From Bugula neritina (taxonomy: Eukaryota > Animalia > Bryozoa): a DNA stretch of 64,000 nt. Shown here piece by piece: positions 23,513 through 37,100 of the stretch. Positions within the stretch are counted from its first letter, which is position 1, and each line of letters opens with the position of its first letter. The notes beneath the pieces were generated by a model, which was given only the letters and a program-made list of their open reading frames with translations, was not told the DNA's origin and made no database searches. Where the stretch lies: NCBI GenBank assembly GCA_964035545.1, contig OZ037767.1, positions 9,930,581 through 9,994,580 of the forward strand, written 5' to 3'. The translations under genes were made by a program, and so were the position numbers.

Positions 23513-26178
23513 CATATAAGGTATCTATATTAAAAAATTCTACTATATCTTTTAGCATTTTTAGCTGGAAAATATATTTCTCTAAGAACTTGGACAATAT
23601 TCAATTTTTTGACCGATTCCCTTTTAGTATTGACTAAGTAATTACGTAAATGATAAAAATCCATAGCTTATCGACATAGTTACAGGAAGATGAGCATTAT
23701 GTCATTAGACGCAATCAGAATAACTTAAAAATATCTTTATATGTAAAGTATTCCTAGGAGATTTAGGCATTTTAAGTTATGAATTGCTGACTATCAGTTG
23801 AAACGTACTACTATATATTTGAGTTGAGGTCACCTTTGAATCATGCTTACGCAGCTGTGAATTTCATTTAAAACAAGAAGTAATCAAGTTGACAAGTATT
23901 CTTGAGGCTATATGGAGCAATAAAAACAAAAGAACTACGTAAGTAATACAGTATCAAAATTTGCTGAAGTACAATTTAGATTATTGTTACTTAGGTATAT
24001 ATTTTTACAGCTAGCTGTTTTTCCTACAAGTTTACTATAAGTTGGTCAAATATAAAAGTTGCTCATCGAAACAGAGGTAAATTGCTGTAATATTTTGCAG
24101 CTTTCTGATAAAAACGTGTGTGTAGTTGTGTGGCTTTCAGAGTGTGAACTGGCAAAACTAATGTATTACCATTAATTATATTTTTTAAACCAAAATCTTA
24201 AGAAGAACACGTGTATATAATTATCCCAATTTACCAAAAACATATATATGCAATACTTGCGGCAATTGTGTTTAAAAAGAGGTCCCATCATCACATGACC
24301 GGGCAGTTATTTTTTACATTAGTGATTAGCAAAGAACATTTTTAAGTCTCTACTTATTGTTGGACAAGATCACACCTGACTTAACCAGAACTTGAAGGCC
24401 AATCATAAGACAAACATAAATGATTTCTACCTGGAAGTACCACGATTATAACTAACCACTCTGCTCTAAAAAAATAGTGAGCAAAGATAATTATTCTAGA
24501 GCGATTTGGATAGTGCACCGTTATTCCACGCATGGGACTTTAAGTAAAAGTTGAAGGTTAAAATTTAAAGCCTAGTAAAATATGCTCGACAGCAGACTTA
24601 AATAATTGCAAAATAAAAACCTTTAGAAAAATAAAGTTGACATTTACTTTAATAAGTTGAAGAAAACAAATTTTCCTTGCATATACAAAGCTAACATTAT
24701 GGATAGAAGACACAGAAGGTTACCAATAGGTCAAGACAAGCTAACATTCAATTACCAATCCCCCAGGATGTATAGAGCAAGACGATATAGGGCATTAGTA
24801 CGGATGACAGAAGAATATCTCACAAGTTATCAGATCATCTAAAATATGCCAGCTGTTTGAAAAAAAATAATGACTGCTTCAGCATTTAAGTGCAAAACTA
24901 ACCAGGGACATTACATGAAATAACATTTTGATCTGCATTAGCTTTATTCTTGCACACATGTAGTGAAAAATAAACAAAACTTTAAATCACTATAGCTCTC
25001 TAATGTTTACCAATTTCTAGTAGAAATCATAGCAATATGTTCAAAGAACAAAAATTGCTTTCAAGAAAGGCTATGTGATAAGAATCAACTAAACTTTTGA
25101 TTGCAACAATCCTGACAGACCAAACCTTAACAATGTTGACTTAATAAGTACTCAATAGCCTTGCCCTACAAAGTCACCAAACTGGTTTAGATAAAGATAA
25201 AATTTTTGATAGATTACAAAGAACTAGGCCTATTTTATCACAATATATTGGTTTTCTACCATGTTTATGAGTTATGCAAACACAATGCTACTACTTTGCC
25301 ATCAAGTTACTCATAATGTAGAATTTATTCTATATATAATTACTAAATTTATGTAAAAGAACTTGGCTCCCCAAAATAGGTATTCAAAGCCGAAATTATG
25401 AGATTATGGCTAGTTCCATGGTTTTATAATAAGATGAAATTATATTGCTTTTAATGCTGATCTTCAACAACTTTTAGCTGTATTGTAACTTTATTAAGCA
25501 TCTTGTTATTTTAATGTATTAAATCAATTGAAACTTGAAACAGAGTTTCAAGAAAATACACCCAATAAAGATAATACTTCTTGGTCATATATACCCAGAG
25601 TTTATAAATAGACAGTAAGATAACAAATTCTTATATTGAAAAAGACTTTAGTGAAAACAAATTTCTGTGGTTCACACACAATTAAGAAAATGATTTGTAG
25701 TAATAGACATTGGCTATGTAGCTTTTTTCATTGGGAGAAGTATAGTATAATATTATATAAAAGAAAGTAAAAAGAATTTACCATGAGTATATAAGTATAG
25801 ATGTTGTATAGATAATATTGTTATGTCACATTACACTTACATGCACACATAATATTATGTATACTTACTATATTAGTTTACATGTACACCTATTACACTT
25901 ACACCCACTGACATGCTATACACTTACTATATTGCACTTACATTAACTTGCATGTACACATACTGCAATGGACTTACACACCACTATCACATATAGACTC
26001 ACTACACTTAGAATTTGTAAAATATACACTCATTAAACTTGATTTACACCTACTTGCACTTACACTTACTCTGTTATAAATTGCCTCAAACTAAGTTTAT
26101 TTTAAAATATTGCAGGTCAAAGCAATCACCAATAGAAGTGGATGTTTTATACACATAGAGTTGTCGGATATCTGCGCC

Positions 26179-26444
26179 ATGAGTTCAGAGAAACTAAACG
26201 AGTTTGAGATTCCAGAAGGGCTTAATGATCTCCTACATGACTTTGCAGTCTCAGTTTTAATTGAAAAGCCTGAGAACTTACACGATTATGCTGCGGACTA
26301 TTTTACTAAATTACGAAATGAGAAGAAACCCAAGGCTATTCCAATGTATATTATTGTTGATGATGCAGACGCAGGGGAACCAGAAACGTTAAGGTGAGTC
26401 TTGTGTGTGTGTGTGTGCGTATGTGCGTGTGTGTGTGTGTTGGT

Positions 26445-26491
<47 letters not shown>

Positions 26492-29400
26492 TGTGTGTGT
26501 GTGTGTTGGTGGGTGTGTGTGGGTGTGTTCAGCAAGCAAATGTTACGCATGCATGCAGATGTATATTGAGTACTTAACCCATGTGTCACTTCAAAAACTC
26601 ATATATTTCAACTTCATTATGCTTTCTATACTCCTACTCATAGGTATATAGCATTATATTTTGATCAGTACGCAAATTCTATAGCCAAGGTTTAATATAA
26701 GTAATTGAAAATACCAATAGTAGCTTAGGATAACTCAATACTACAATAAAATTGAAATGACGTTAAAAGTTACTGGCTTATTCATTTTGATAAATTCATT
26801 GGTAGATAAAAGCATTTAATGTAAATTACAACTTTTCGCTTATGGTAAGGTAGCTGGAAATTCGTCTTAAATCAATAATACAAATGTGTCAAATAAATTA
26901 GCTTGAAGTAAATTTATCAGCTGGTCATATGGTCTCAACACAGAGTATTTTAAGCATATAATCTTGTCATATCTTTAAAAAAAAGCAATTTTTAGGTCAG
27001 ATATGCAGTGTTTGGGGTTGAATAGATTCAATTTATAGACATTCTTATTACAGAAACATCTCAACATGAGATTGTTTCAACTCCATAACAGCGTCTTCTT
27101 TTTGTTTACCCATACCTTGCTCAATAAACAAATGTGACAACTTAAAATACTCTAACAAGTGATCAAGCCACTATTGTATATTTTATTCATGTAGTTGGCA
27201 AATTATCAGTTATAAAGCTAAAAGTAGCATAACCAAAACTTCTGTTTCACACAAGATTAAAGTGAGTTTAAATGCTACTAGATTCACTTCAGAGCCATAA
27301 AAGGTTTGAGTTTGTAGAAACTTGACACTCGTTAGCAAAGGAGGATAACGCAAATATATGCGGACTGTAGGAAGTAGGTACAGTAATGGGAAAATTGAAA
27401 AAAGCTTGTGTTTTAGATTATAAATGTAACAAAGAAAAGTTATTTTCCTGCGAAAATTTCAATTCGCGCCCAAAGCAAAAATTTATAAAGAAATTTAAAG
27501 AACTTAGGCTATCTAAATTCTCCATTACTGCTCCTAAATGGACTGTAGCCTACTTAAGATATTTTTAGTTTTCAAGAGCTCTGTAAGAGTATACAATAAC
27601 TATAGTAACAGTCAATAGTCAAAAAGTTTGTAAGAGTGATGAAGTCAACTGTCTATACTCTATAGTATCACTAACAAAAAATGTCATTTCTAAAAGTAAA
27701 CAATTTTGAGTTGTTTTCATCAAACCTGTTATACACAATAAAATCTTTGATTAGCATTTTTGCAGAAAACTTACAGAAAAAAACAAAGTTGCTAGAAGAA
27801 AATCAGTGTCTGCTGAAAGATATAACCCGGAAGACGACGATGAAGACGATGAAACAGCACTTCCTGTTCACCCTAAAACTGATAGACAAAGAGCGCTTCT
27901 TACTGAAGCAGTAAAACAGATTCTTCTTTTCCGTAAACTAGATGATGAACAACGAATGACAGTGATTGATGCAATGAAAGAGAACAAGGTGGTTAAAGGT
28001 ACATAATTGAGCCAAAATTCATATTGTAGTTTGAGTTTTATTTAAAACTGAATCTTGTAAGCGTAGAGCCACACAAAACGGATTTTCGCATAGACTGAAC
28101 CAGCAGAACTTCCTATAAACAGAAAATTGTGCAGTTTTGTATAGATATCATACAGTCAAATGCTGAACCGACACTGAAAATTTTTGAGGCACTAATTTAG
28201 TTGACTAATAAATATTAAACAAGCTCCTTTTTAAGTTTCAATTTTACACTTGTATTCCAAGTTAGAGTGTTTGCCTAGTAAACACGAGGTCATGGGCTCG
28301 AGCCCGGACAAAGGCTATTGATAATGTTAGTAAGAGCATCCAGTCATAATTGCTCCTGTGCCTCATTTAAATAAGCCCCTAGCCCGCTTTAACAAAAACC
28401 CTTTTCATCAGGGGTTTCTCACAGGGATAGCAACTATAAAATTTCGTTAGTTTTTTATTCCAAGCTTGCATTATTTGAATGAATTTTTCGTTCTACATTT
28501 GGAAATAGTTGCGTTGAATGATTGAAACCACAACCATAAATAAGTTCACGCAAATTGCAACTACAAATTCATCCGCGAAATCATCGAGACACAATGCATA
28601 GTGGCGATTCCAGCCAATGGAGAATGTAGTGATTTAGAAAGGAATTGATTTAATTTATTTTAAATTGGCCAACTAGTTTTGCTTCCACTACCGACTTACA
28701 TGTTGTATTTGTTGGTAGCTCATGCTGTAGACTAATTTCACACATGTGACCATAGCTTAGCCTTAGCCTGCTAAGTGCTTTTGATGATAGAGAAGGTAGC
28801 ATACACAATATTGCATTAGTATACAATACTTCCTACATTTTTGTTAATAATCATATACAGACAAATGTATACTGCATATTGAACATTATCTCACTGTAGC
28901 TGTGTTTTCAATGGATGGGTAATGGTTGTTATAGGTAATGGGTAATGGGTAATGGATAATGGGTAATGGGTAATGGTTGTTATAGGTGAGACAGTCATCA
29001 AGCAAGGAGATGATGGAGACTACTTCTATGTTATTGAAAGCGGAGTATACAATATCTGTAGAGAAAGTGAAACAGAAGGAAAAACAATTCTACATGTATT
29101 GGAAGATAAAGGGAGTTTTGGAGAACTAGCACTTATGTATAGTCAACCTAGGAGTGCTACTGTTGAAGGTTAGTCATAAACTCTAAACTCACAGAGATTT
29201 CACATCACATAGGCTGTCCAACAGGCAGCCCCAGAGCTGCCTGTGGCCTCCAGCCTACATTTATGTGGCCCTCAAAGGCATAACAAATAAAATTATTTTG
29301 TACACATACATGAATTACAGTGAAAAAACCGTACCTTTTTAAATGCCTTATTTATTATATACGTCATACTAAAAACATGCAGCCTGCAGTAATTATTAAG

Positions 29401-30830
29401 ACTTCATTGTGTAATTAATCATAGAAATTTAGAATAAAGTAATTTGAAAAATACTGATAGTGTAGCCTTCAACTCAAGCTGAATTTTACAATGTGGCCCT
29501 CACCATCAAAATATTATCTTTCAGTGGCCCTCGTTACAAAAAGGTTAAACACCCCTGTTCTACATTCTACTCATATTATAAACAAATGACTAGAGTGAAA
29601 AGTGGTCAGATATTTTTTCATTATGTCGTTTTCATCTCTTACAAGTCGCAGTTTAGGGTTTGTAAAAGATTTTTCCCCTCGAGAATCAAACTGCAGACCT
29701 CTAGCTTGCAAGCTGGTGAGCTAACCATTACTCCACAGGAGCTACCGGGAAATCTAAACATTACATCCTACTCAGTTCTCTGAACTCCACTGCCGTCATG
29801 CATTACTCCTTCAGTCTATAGGCTTCCCTGGCTTTTTGATTCCTTGTATCTATTGCATGTATCATTTTATTAATAAAGCATAATAATTTCTTTGAAAACA
29901 AGTTAGAAATAATAAAACTGGAATATATAATTTAGTAGAAATTTTTAGCTTAGGATTGTTACAAAGAGAGAAAGTTTGGACAAAACACAAATTATGTATA
30001 GTGAAATTAAATGCACAACTGCAACTACTTGAAGTGCGGTTTAATGAATGTTTGCATTAGGTTTCTATATAGCATATCCTACTACTTTGGAAATTCAGCA
30101 ACATAACGTACACTATCTAAATATAGTGTCTGCTACAGCCTAATGTACAACTTTATAGGCTTGATAGAAGCTATGAAATCATACAAGCATCATTAAAAGT
30201 TTATTAATGGTTAGTTATTATTATTGTCTTACCTCCAACTTTTATGCAGTAAAAGCTGTTAGTATTCAAATTACATGTCTTTGGTTCGCCTTGGGTTGAA
30301 TAAAGCCACTCTGGAAATTTTCATTTAAAATAAAAAGTATCAGCATTTTTTGCTGAGGGATGTAATATTTTTTATTTCTTTACATACATTACTGAGGAAA
30401 AGACTACCTTATAGCATATAATATGTTATAAGAAAGTCAGCGTAGATTGATATGTTCATTTGTGTCTGAAAATATAAGGGTGTATAGGCTTTTGGCAGGT
30501 AAATAACAAATTTAAACGCATCGGCATAATTTATTTGCCAAAAATTAATGTTTTTGTTTGTGTCCAAAAGTTTTATAACCAGTTATAACTTGCATTAAGA
30601 TGATTTATGGAAGTCTATTATGTACCACAGCTGTTAGCGATGGAGTACTTTGGGCTTTGGACGGGACGTCGTTTCAAAGAATCGTGACCAGAGAATCGTT
30701 CAGAATGAGACAGATGTATGAACAGCTACTGAGTAAGGTAATGCTGTCTTCACCAAAGCAATTAGTGCTACACACAGACACACGCCGCACATATACACAT
30801 ATGTATATACACACATATATACACACATAT

Positions 30831-30877
<47 letters not shown>

Positions 30878-33373
30878 CATATATACACACACACATATAT
30901 ATATATATATACATACATATACACATATATATATATACATACATACATACATAATGAATAATTGACTATAACTACTATCAAATATTTGATCATAATGTAA
31001 CTTGTGACAACTAACGCTAACTTTCTTTTATTGGCCAACTTTTTGTGGCAAATAAAACTAACAATACATAATTGCTTTTATTGCCTTGAAGATATGTTAA
31101 GCTATTAATAATAACAACTAGTTTATGGCTATAACTAATAAAATTGTAGTAATTCATAATATAATGCTCTATAGCTTTTCCTTTGAAATTAGCAAATCTT
31201 CTTATTTTGGAATTCCCATCTATATTGGGATTAACCAATGACATAGCCCAATGGTAATTTACCTGTTGCACTTAAGAAGGCTTTGTTGATAAAAGAGGTA
31301 GACCATCTAGAGTCTTATTGTCCCAATATGCTAGCCACCTAGCACTGTATACTTTAAACACTGTAATAAAATACTCTAGTGTTTATTACAATAAGGTAAA
31401 TTTGCTATCAGCCGTTAATGCTTCCTCAAATTATAGAATGCTATGAATTCATATTAAAACTAGGACTTTAAACTGTTGCCATCAATTTAATCTGATATTT
31501 TGTATGTCCATTTTTTCTAGCTACTATTTAAATCATACACACGCTTCCTTGTAGGTCCCCATCTTGAAGACGCTAAGTGAGGATGAAAGAAGCTCAGTGG
31601 TTGATGGACTTTGTACAAAGGTATACTATAATAATGACAGCATCATTCTGAGAGGGGAAGAAGGTGATGGTATATATTTCATCGAGCACGGCGTTTGCTC
31701 TGTCTGTATTGATAAAGGTTAGTTTAAATAAGTCAAGTATGCCTCCAAATTGTTTCTTTATTGCAATTGACAGCACAATTAACTTATAGAATTGCAAATT
31801 TGTATTAGCTTCAGGTTATAATTATTTTGTCTTAAAGGTTGGAGATGATTAGCTAGTTGGGTTCATAGTTCTCTAGCAAAAAGTTAAAGAATAAAATAAC
31901 TTGGGCTACGCTCTGTATTTGCATCAAAATGCTTGCCACAGTGCTGTATACATGCAGAGTGATAATAGCTAAAAGTGGAAACATGTTTTGAAAAGGTGAA
32001 GTGCCACTGCTATTGAACATAGAATGTTGCATACCAAAAAACCAATATTTCTGAAAAGGTTAAGTAGATGTATTATATGTATTAGATAGCATATTATATG
32101 AGTTATATGTTGTATTATATTAAACATGATATAAAACTAGGAAAAAAGAAAATTTGCCACACAAATTATTTTACGCTGAGCACTGTCTAGACATTGCATA
32201 TGTGTAACACATAATATTTCGGTTGCATATAACTACAGCCCATTTACGGCATACTATAACGCAATAGACTTGACACATTATATAAACTTGTAATAGATGA
32301 AAGAGACACTGTTATTCAAATAATGACAAGTTTTTGTCAAGATGTTTGTGATACGCAGTAAGTTTTGCAATTCAAAGGCCAGGAGTTCATGAAACCAATA
32401 AAAATTTTCCCAGCATGTTGTGCACGAGACGTTAGAATTGAAAGATAACTCCCAAAGTATTTTCCATCATCAGGTTATAGTATGCTCTTATTTGCACTGC
32501 CTGAGAAAGCGCTGCTTATAAACTGTTTATATTATGCATACACAGCATGCACTTTTAAGGCTTGTCCACATTAAAAAGTTTCATAAATATTTTTTTTGAA
32601 ACCAACTAGGACTCTAAAATTAGAGGCACATTAAAACAGCAGGACTTTTAGATTTTCTTGTGTTGAAAAAAGTGTATAACGTGTAGAAACTATACAGTGT
32701 GGTGTAGAAATTATACACCGTGGTGTAGAAATTATACAGCGTGGTGTAGAAATTATATAGCGTGGTGTAGAAATTATACAGCGTGGTGTAGAAATTATAT
32801 AGCGTGGTGTAGAAATTATACAGCGTGGTGTAGAAATTATATAGCGTGGTGTAGAAATTATACAGCGTGGTGTAGAAATTATATAGCGTGGTGTAGAAAC
32901 TATACAGTGTGGTGTAGAAATTATACACCGTGGTGTAGGAATTATACAGCGTGGTGTAGATATTTTACAGCGTGGTGTAGAAATTATACAGCGTGGTGTA
33001 GAAATTATACAGCATGGTGTAGAACGTGCAATGTAGTGTAGAGATTACAGGACAGTGTTATAGAAAGTGGTGTAGTGTAGCAAGCAAGGTGTGGTGTAGA
33101 AATTGCAATGCAGTGCTGTCTGTTCAGGTAAAGTATCGTTACAGTCTCTATGTTCTACTTACAGGAGATGGAGAAGTGGAAGTGAAGCAACTGAGTAAAG
33201 GTCAATACTTTGGGGAATTGGCTCTATTGGACAACTCAAAGAGGTCGGCTAGTATATATGCTGTTGGCAAAGTAAAATGTGGATTCTTAGCAAGAGATGC
33301 ATTCGAAAGACTTCTTGGCCCATGCAAAGACTTGATGAAACGAGCCACGGTTGACTTTGAGTTTGGAAATTAA
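26179..33373 (+). CDS. PRKAR2: cAMP-dependent protein kinase type II regulatory subunit (divergent), 6 coding exons, 369 aa
   Basis: Exons 26179-26393, 27766-27998, 28986-29168, 30631-30737, 31555-31717, 33165-33373 (1110 nt). RIIa dimerization/docking domain [18 protein letters not shown]...YAADYF. Phosphorylatable inhibitor site RRKSVSAE (type II). [39 protein letters not shown], then AFERLLGPC. Confidence 0.94.
26402..26528. repeat. (GT)n microsatellite directly after the PKA-R exon 1 donor
   Basis: The GT run begins within 10 nt of the start of the intron (GTGAGT at 26394). Confidence 0.9.
27375..27536 (-). mobile_element. MITE family B, full-length copy in PKA-R intron 1
   Basis: TAGGTACAGTAATGGGAAAATT ... 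AATTCTCCATTACTGCTCCTA: inverted termini with TA at both ends. Confidence 0.72.
28261..28441 (+). mobile_element. tRNA-Thr(AGT)-derived SINE (family S)
   Basis: Head GCCTAGTAAACACGAGGTCATGGGCTCGAGCCC resembles the tRNA-Thr(AGT) anticodon and T arms (B box). Core AAGAGCATCCAGTCATAATTGCTCC; tail CATCAGGGGTTTCTCACAGGGAT. Confidence 0.8.
29206..29557 (+). mobile_element. Degenerate hAT/Charlie-like MITE in PKA-R intron 3
   Basis: Right end AAAAAGGTTAAACACCCCTG, decayed left end TAGGCTGTCCAAC, and repeated subterminal GTGGCCCTC motifs typical of hAT non-autonomous elements. Flanks TTTCACAT / TTCTACAT resemble a decayed 8-bp TSD. Confidence 0.6.
29660..29767 (-). repeat. tRNA-like interspersed element, second copy, in PKA-R intron 3
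   Basis: Reverse strand ATGTAATGTTTAGATTTCCCGGTAGCTCCTGTGGAGTAATGGTTAGCTCACCAGCTTGCAAGCTAGAGGTCTGCAGTTTGATTCTC aligns with 9207-9316, including the 5' leader. Confidence 0.62.
30769..30953. repeat. (TA)/(CA) compound microsatellite
   Basis: Starts about 30 nt after the PKA-R exon 4 donor. Confidence 0.88.
32681..33105. repeat. 21-bp minisatellite, about 16 good copies plus decayed units
   Basis: Unit GTGTAGAAATTATACAGCGTG. Confidence 0.9.
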
Positions 33374-34144
33374 ACTGAGAAGGCAAAATTGAGACAACAA
33401 AATCAGCTTTAAAATTTTTTTAACTTGAAATAGTAAGTTTACTTTTACTTGATTATCCAGAGCATTCGTTCGTTGTCAAATCTGTTTCTGTGTGAAAATG
33501 AAAATAGCTAATCATCTTGATTCCGGTCGGAATATGTAGTATTTTGAAAATACTAGAGCTTCACACTTTCGGCTTACTAAATGTAACTATTTTTGATAGC
33601 ATATAATTTTGAAAACAGAAAGCCCTTGATGGAGATTTTGCTTTACATTTTGTATTTTCAATTGTATTTTAGCCTGGAAACTGTAAGCTATATGGCAAAT
33701 AAGAAACATTTTAGATTTAAATAGAAAATCTCAAATTTAGAAGAACATTATATTATACTTTTTAGTGATTTGTTTTGCCAATTTTAGCAGTTGAGATAGA
33801 AATTGGAACAATAAAACTAGAATAAAGTATGTAATAACAGCGCAATAACATATATTTATAGTAAAGCATTATCAAACAATATATTAGCACTATTTCATGT
33901 ATCAAGTATACAAGAATTTCAAAATAAGTTATATTCCATTAATAAGCAAGAACTCATCTTATGAAAAAATGACAATTCACCCCAACTGGAAGACAATAAA
34001 AATAAAACATTATAAAACCCATTCAAATTCCAGAAAATACCATAAAATTAGTTGCACCAGTTCACCACAGTACTACAGGCAATAAGCAAGATCTGTTTAA
34101 ACTTATGCACATAGTCAAGGAAAGAAACGTCGGTAGGGGTCTCA

Positions 34145-37100
34145 CTACAGCCCGTATCCATAACCAGGAACTTGGACACAAGCCACCTGGTATTTCTTTG
34201 TCAGATGTTCCACTTTACTGACTACCTTTATAACAGGTATAGGGACAAAGAGATGGTCGGCATTTACCTCTTTTATACCTAGAAACATAGACAACTAAAT
34301 TAGTTAGTAAGACAATACAGAACAGCACAATCACCTGCTTAACGTGTCAGTGAAAACAAGAGAATATTCAACTGCCCTATCATGGGTCTAGCTGATGCTA
34401 CAGAGCCTCTTTCTAAGTAGAGAAACAAATCAACATGCTACTATATACAAGCTACTACTATACTATATTCAAGCTAAGTATGATTTTATGGTGACAAGTA
34501 AATGTTGAGTTTTAAAGAAAATGTTGTGATGAAATACTGCACCCAAACACCAGTTAGACATAATTATATTCCCTCGTATACAAAAAAGGAAATTGATACA
34601 AAATATTTAGACTGAGCTCTAAATAATTGGTGAGTAAGCTGTTTTATTTAGCTATGTGTCCAGTTTTTCCCTTTATTCGACACAGAAGTGTAAACAGAAA
34701 TTAATCAAGTGTTTAGTAAAGATATAAATACTGCAAGGTTAAACATTTTTTCACCCAATTTAGTTATTACTATTGTTAGTTTTTGCCCAGTTGTTCATAC
34801 TAGTGGAGTTATTATTGCTATGTAAAAAGTTACAGGACTGAGTGCTACAAAAACCACATTCTGGTAACTTGTCAATCTATCTGCGCAAGAGTTCAGCTGA
34901 TAACTAAATGAAAAATGGTGCATTATTTTTCACAGAAAAATCAGTCAAGAGATTAAAGTGTATGAATTCTTTTACTCGGCCAACTTAATACATACCCGTA
35001 ATCAATTGATTTACGTCAATGGATCCAGCACTATAAAACACAAAGTACAGATTTGATTGGTGCATCTTGCTTCCAACTTCCGTGCAAATTTTTTTTAAAT
35101 CATCATCTCCTAAAAATAGTACAACAATACAAATAAGACTTTCAATGTAACGTCATAATAACAGCTTCAGGTAGCAGCAACATTTCTTCTCACAACAACT
35201 TCCACACTTCAAGTAAAAAGTGAGTAGAAAAGATGACAACATAAAATGTCATCCCATCATACTTTCACCATAAAGTGTAAGTCCTAAGAAACGATGAAAA
35301 GTCAGGCAATTTTAAACCACAATGGTTTTTATATCACACAGTACTTACTAATAGCTGAAGGTAAATATATTTCACAATAAAATAGCCTCTACGTGTAAAG
35401 CACAAACTCTACATATATATGACTACTGAATTATAGAAATGGAATTTCTAGACTAAAATAAAACATGTCAGTTGCTAAGGTAAACAAGTCTGTTTCTATG
35501 GTGAACATGTCCGTTGCTAAGGCGAACATGTTCGTTGCTATGGTAAACATGTCTATTGCCATGACAAACATGTCTATTGCTAAGGTAAACATGTCTGTTT
35601 TTATGGTAAACATGCCTGTTGCTATGGTGTGAGGGACAACTCTTTCTAGGTTGAAGTTGACATGCCACTCAACTGAGACATCTCTTGGTAGCCTTGGAAC
35701 CACAACACAAAGGACTTCCGCCTGCATTTCAATGAAAATATAACTGTATTCAAAATACTTATATACACCAATATTCAGATACTAACAATCTAAAGACAAC
35801 CCAATATTACACTTTGGTGTAACATGCAATTCAAAGATACAGTGCTGTGTGGTAACACGCAATCTAAAAAACAGTGTTGTGTGGTAACACAATGAAGTCA
35901 TGGCATACCTTGCTAGGTATTGTTGATCTAACAAAGGAGCTGCTCAAAGCGTGGGCCACATCGTCCTCATTGTAGACATAGCAGTGGGCGGAGGTGATGT
36001 GCTCACTAGTCACGCCCATCACCTCACCAACTGTAAGAGCATGCTCCAAGGCTAGCTGGCATTGTCCCGGAAAGCCAGTTGGCACAGCTTTCATAGCACC
36101 AGGGACAAAAGGGATCTGACCAGACACAAACACATTCGAACCAACCTGCAATAGTAATAAGAATATAAACTACCAGAATAAAGCTGCTCTAACAGTTTTC
36201 TACTCAAGACTAGCGAGTCACATTACATTTAATTCCTCAATTATGTAATAAAAATAAGCATGTAATCTCCAAGGGAATTACAAACTCTAAATAATAGATA
36301 TATAAGAAATGTGTTGGCTGTCTTAGAAATCATGTTGAAAAATATTGCAGAAGTCAGCAAATCAAGGTCAGCTTTCAGCCTAGAAATGCTTTCATATCCA
36401 GAAAAACAGACTGACAAGTTTTGACACAGAAGTGAGTGAAATACTGAGTGAATATTTTCCATAAGATAAAACTGTTGAGTGAAATAAGAGCACATGCATT
36501 GACCTGTCACAACGCTCTCATTGCAAATACTGCAAACAATACTGATAGATAATGTAGTGAGGGAATAAGGAATACGCCAAGCATGAAGAAATGACAGTCA
36601 TAGAAAGGGTTCTGCTTGACAAGAAATTACAGAGTAAATTTAAATAAGCCATTGTATTGACTGAGCTCTACAGTGAAGAAATAAAACATGGAGAGTAAGA
36701 GAGTCCCCAATCAAGATAAGTTCAAGTGAGATACGTATATGAGTCATTTTACTTTATTTAGTGAAAAATCTCACGCAAGCTTCTAGTCACCATCCCTGTG
36801 AGAAACCCCTGATGGAAAGGATTTTTGCTAAATCGGGCTAAGGACTTATTCATATATGGCACAGGAGCAATTATGACTGGATGCTCTTCCTAACATCACC
36901 AATGGCCTTTACTGGGGTTCAAACCCATGGCTTCATGTTTACTAAGCAAGCACCTCAACCCCTAGATCACGGAGCATGCTCGCACCCAATATGACAAGCA
37001 CCTTGGAAAATAATATGGCTGAATGAAAGATAATGGAAGGCAATTTACTGCAAGAGTGTCAAGGAGGAAGCCGAGAAAACAAAGTGAAAACACCAGGATG

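Noticed and set aside
32620-33105. Regular 21-bp array (and the 38-, 39-, 40-bp arrays) as CRISPR-like loci or repeat proteins
   Set aside because: The units are head-to-tail with no unique spacers, there are no cas genes, and the context is eukaryotic introns or intergenic DNA.
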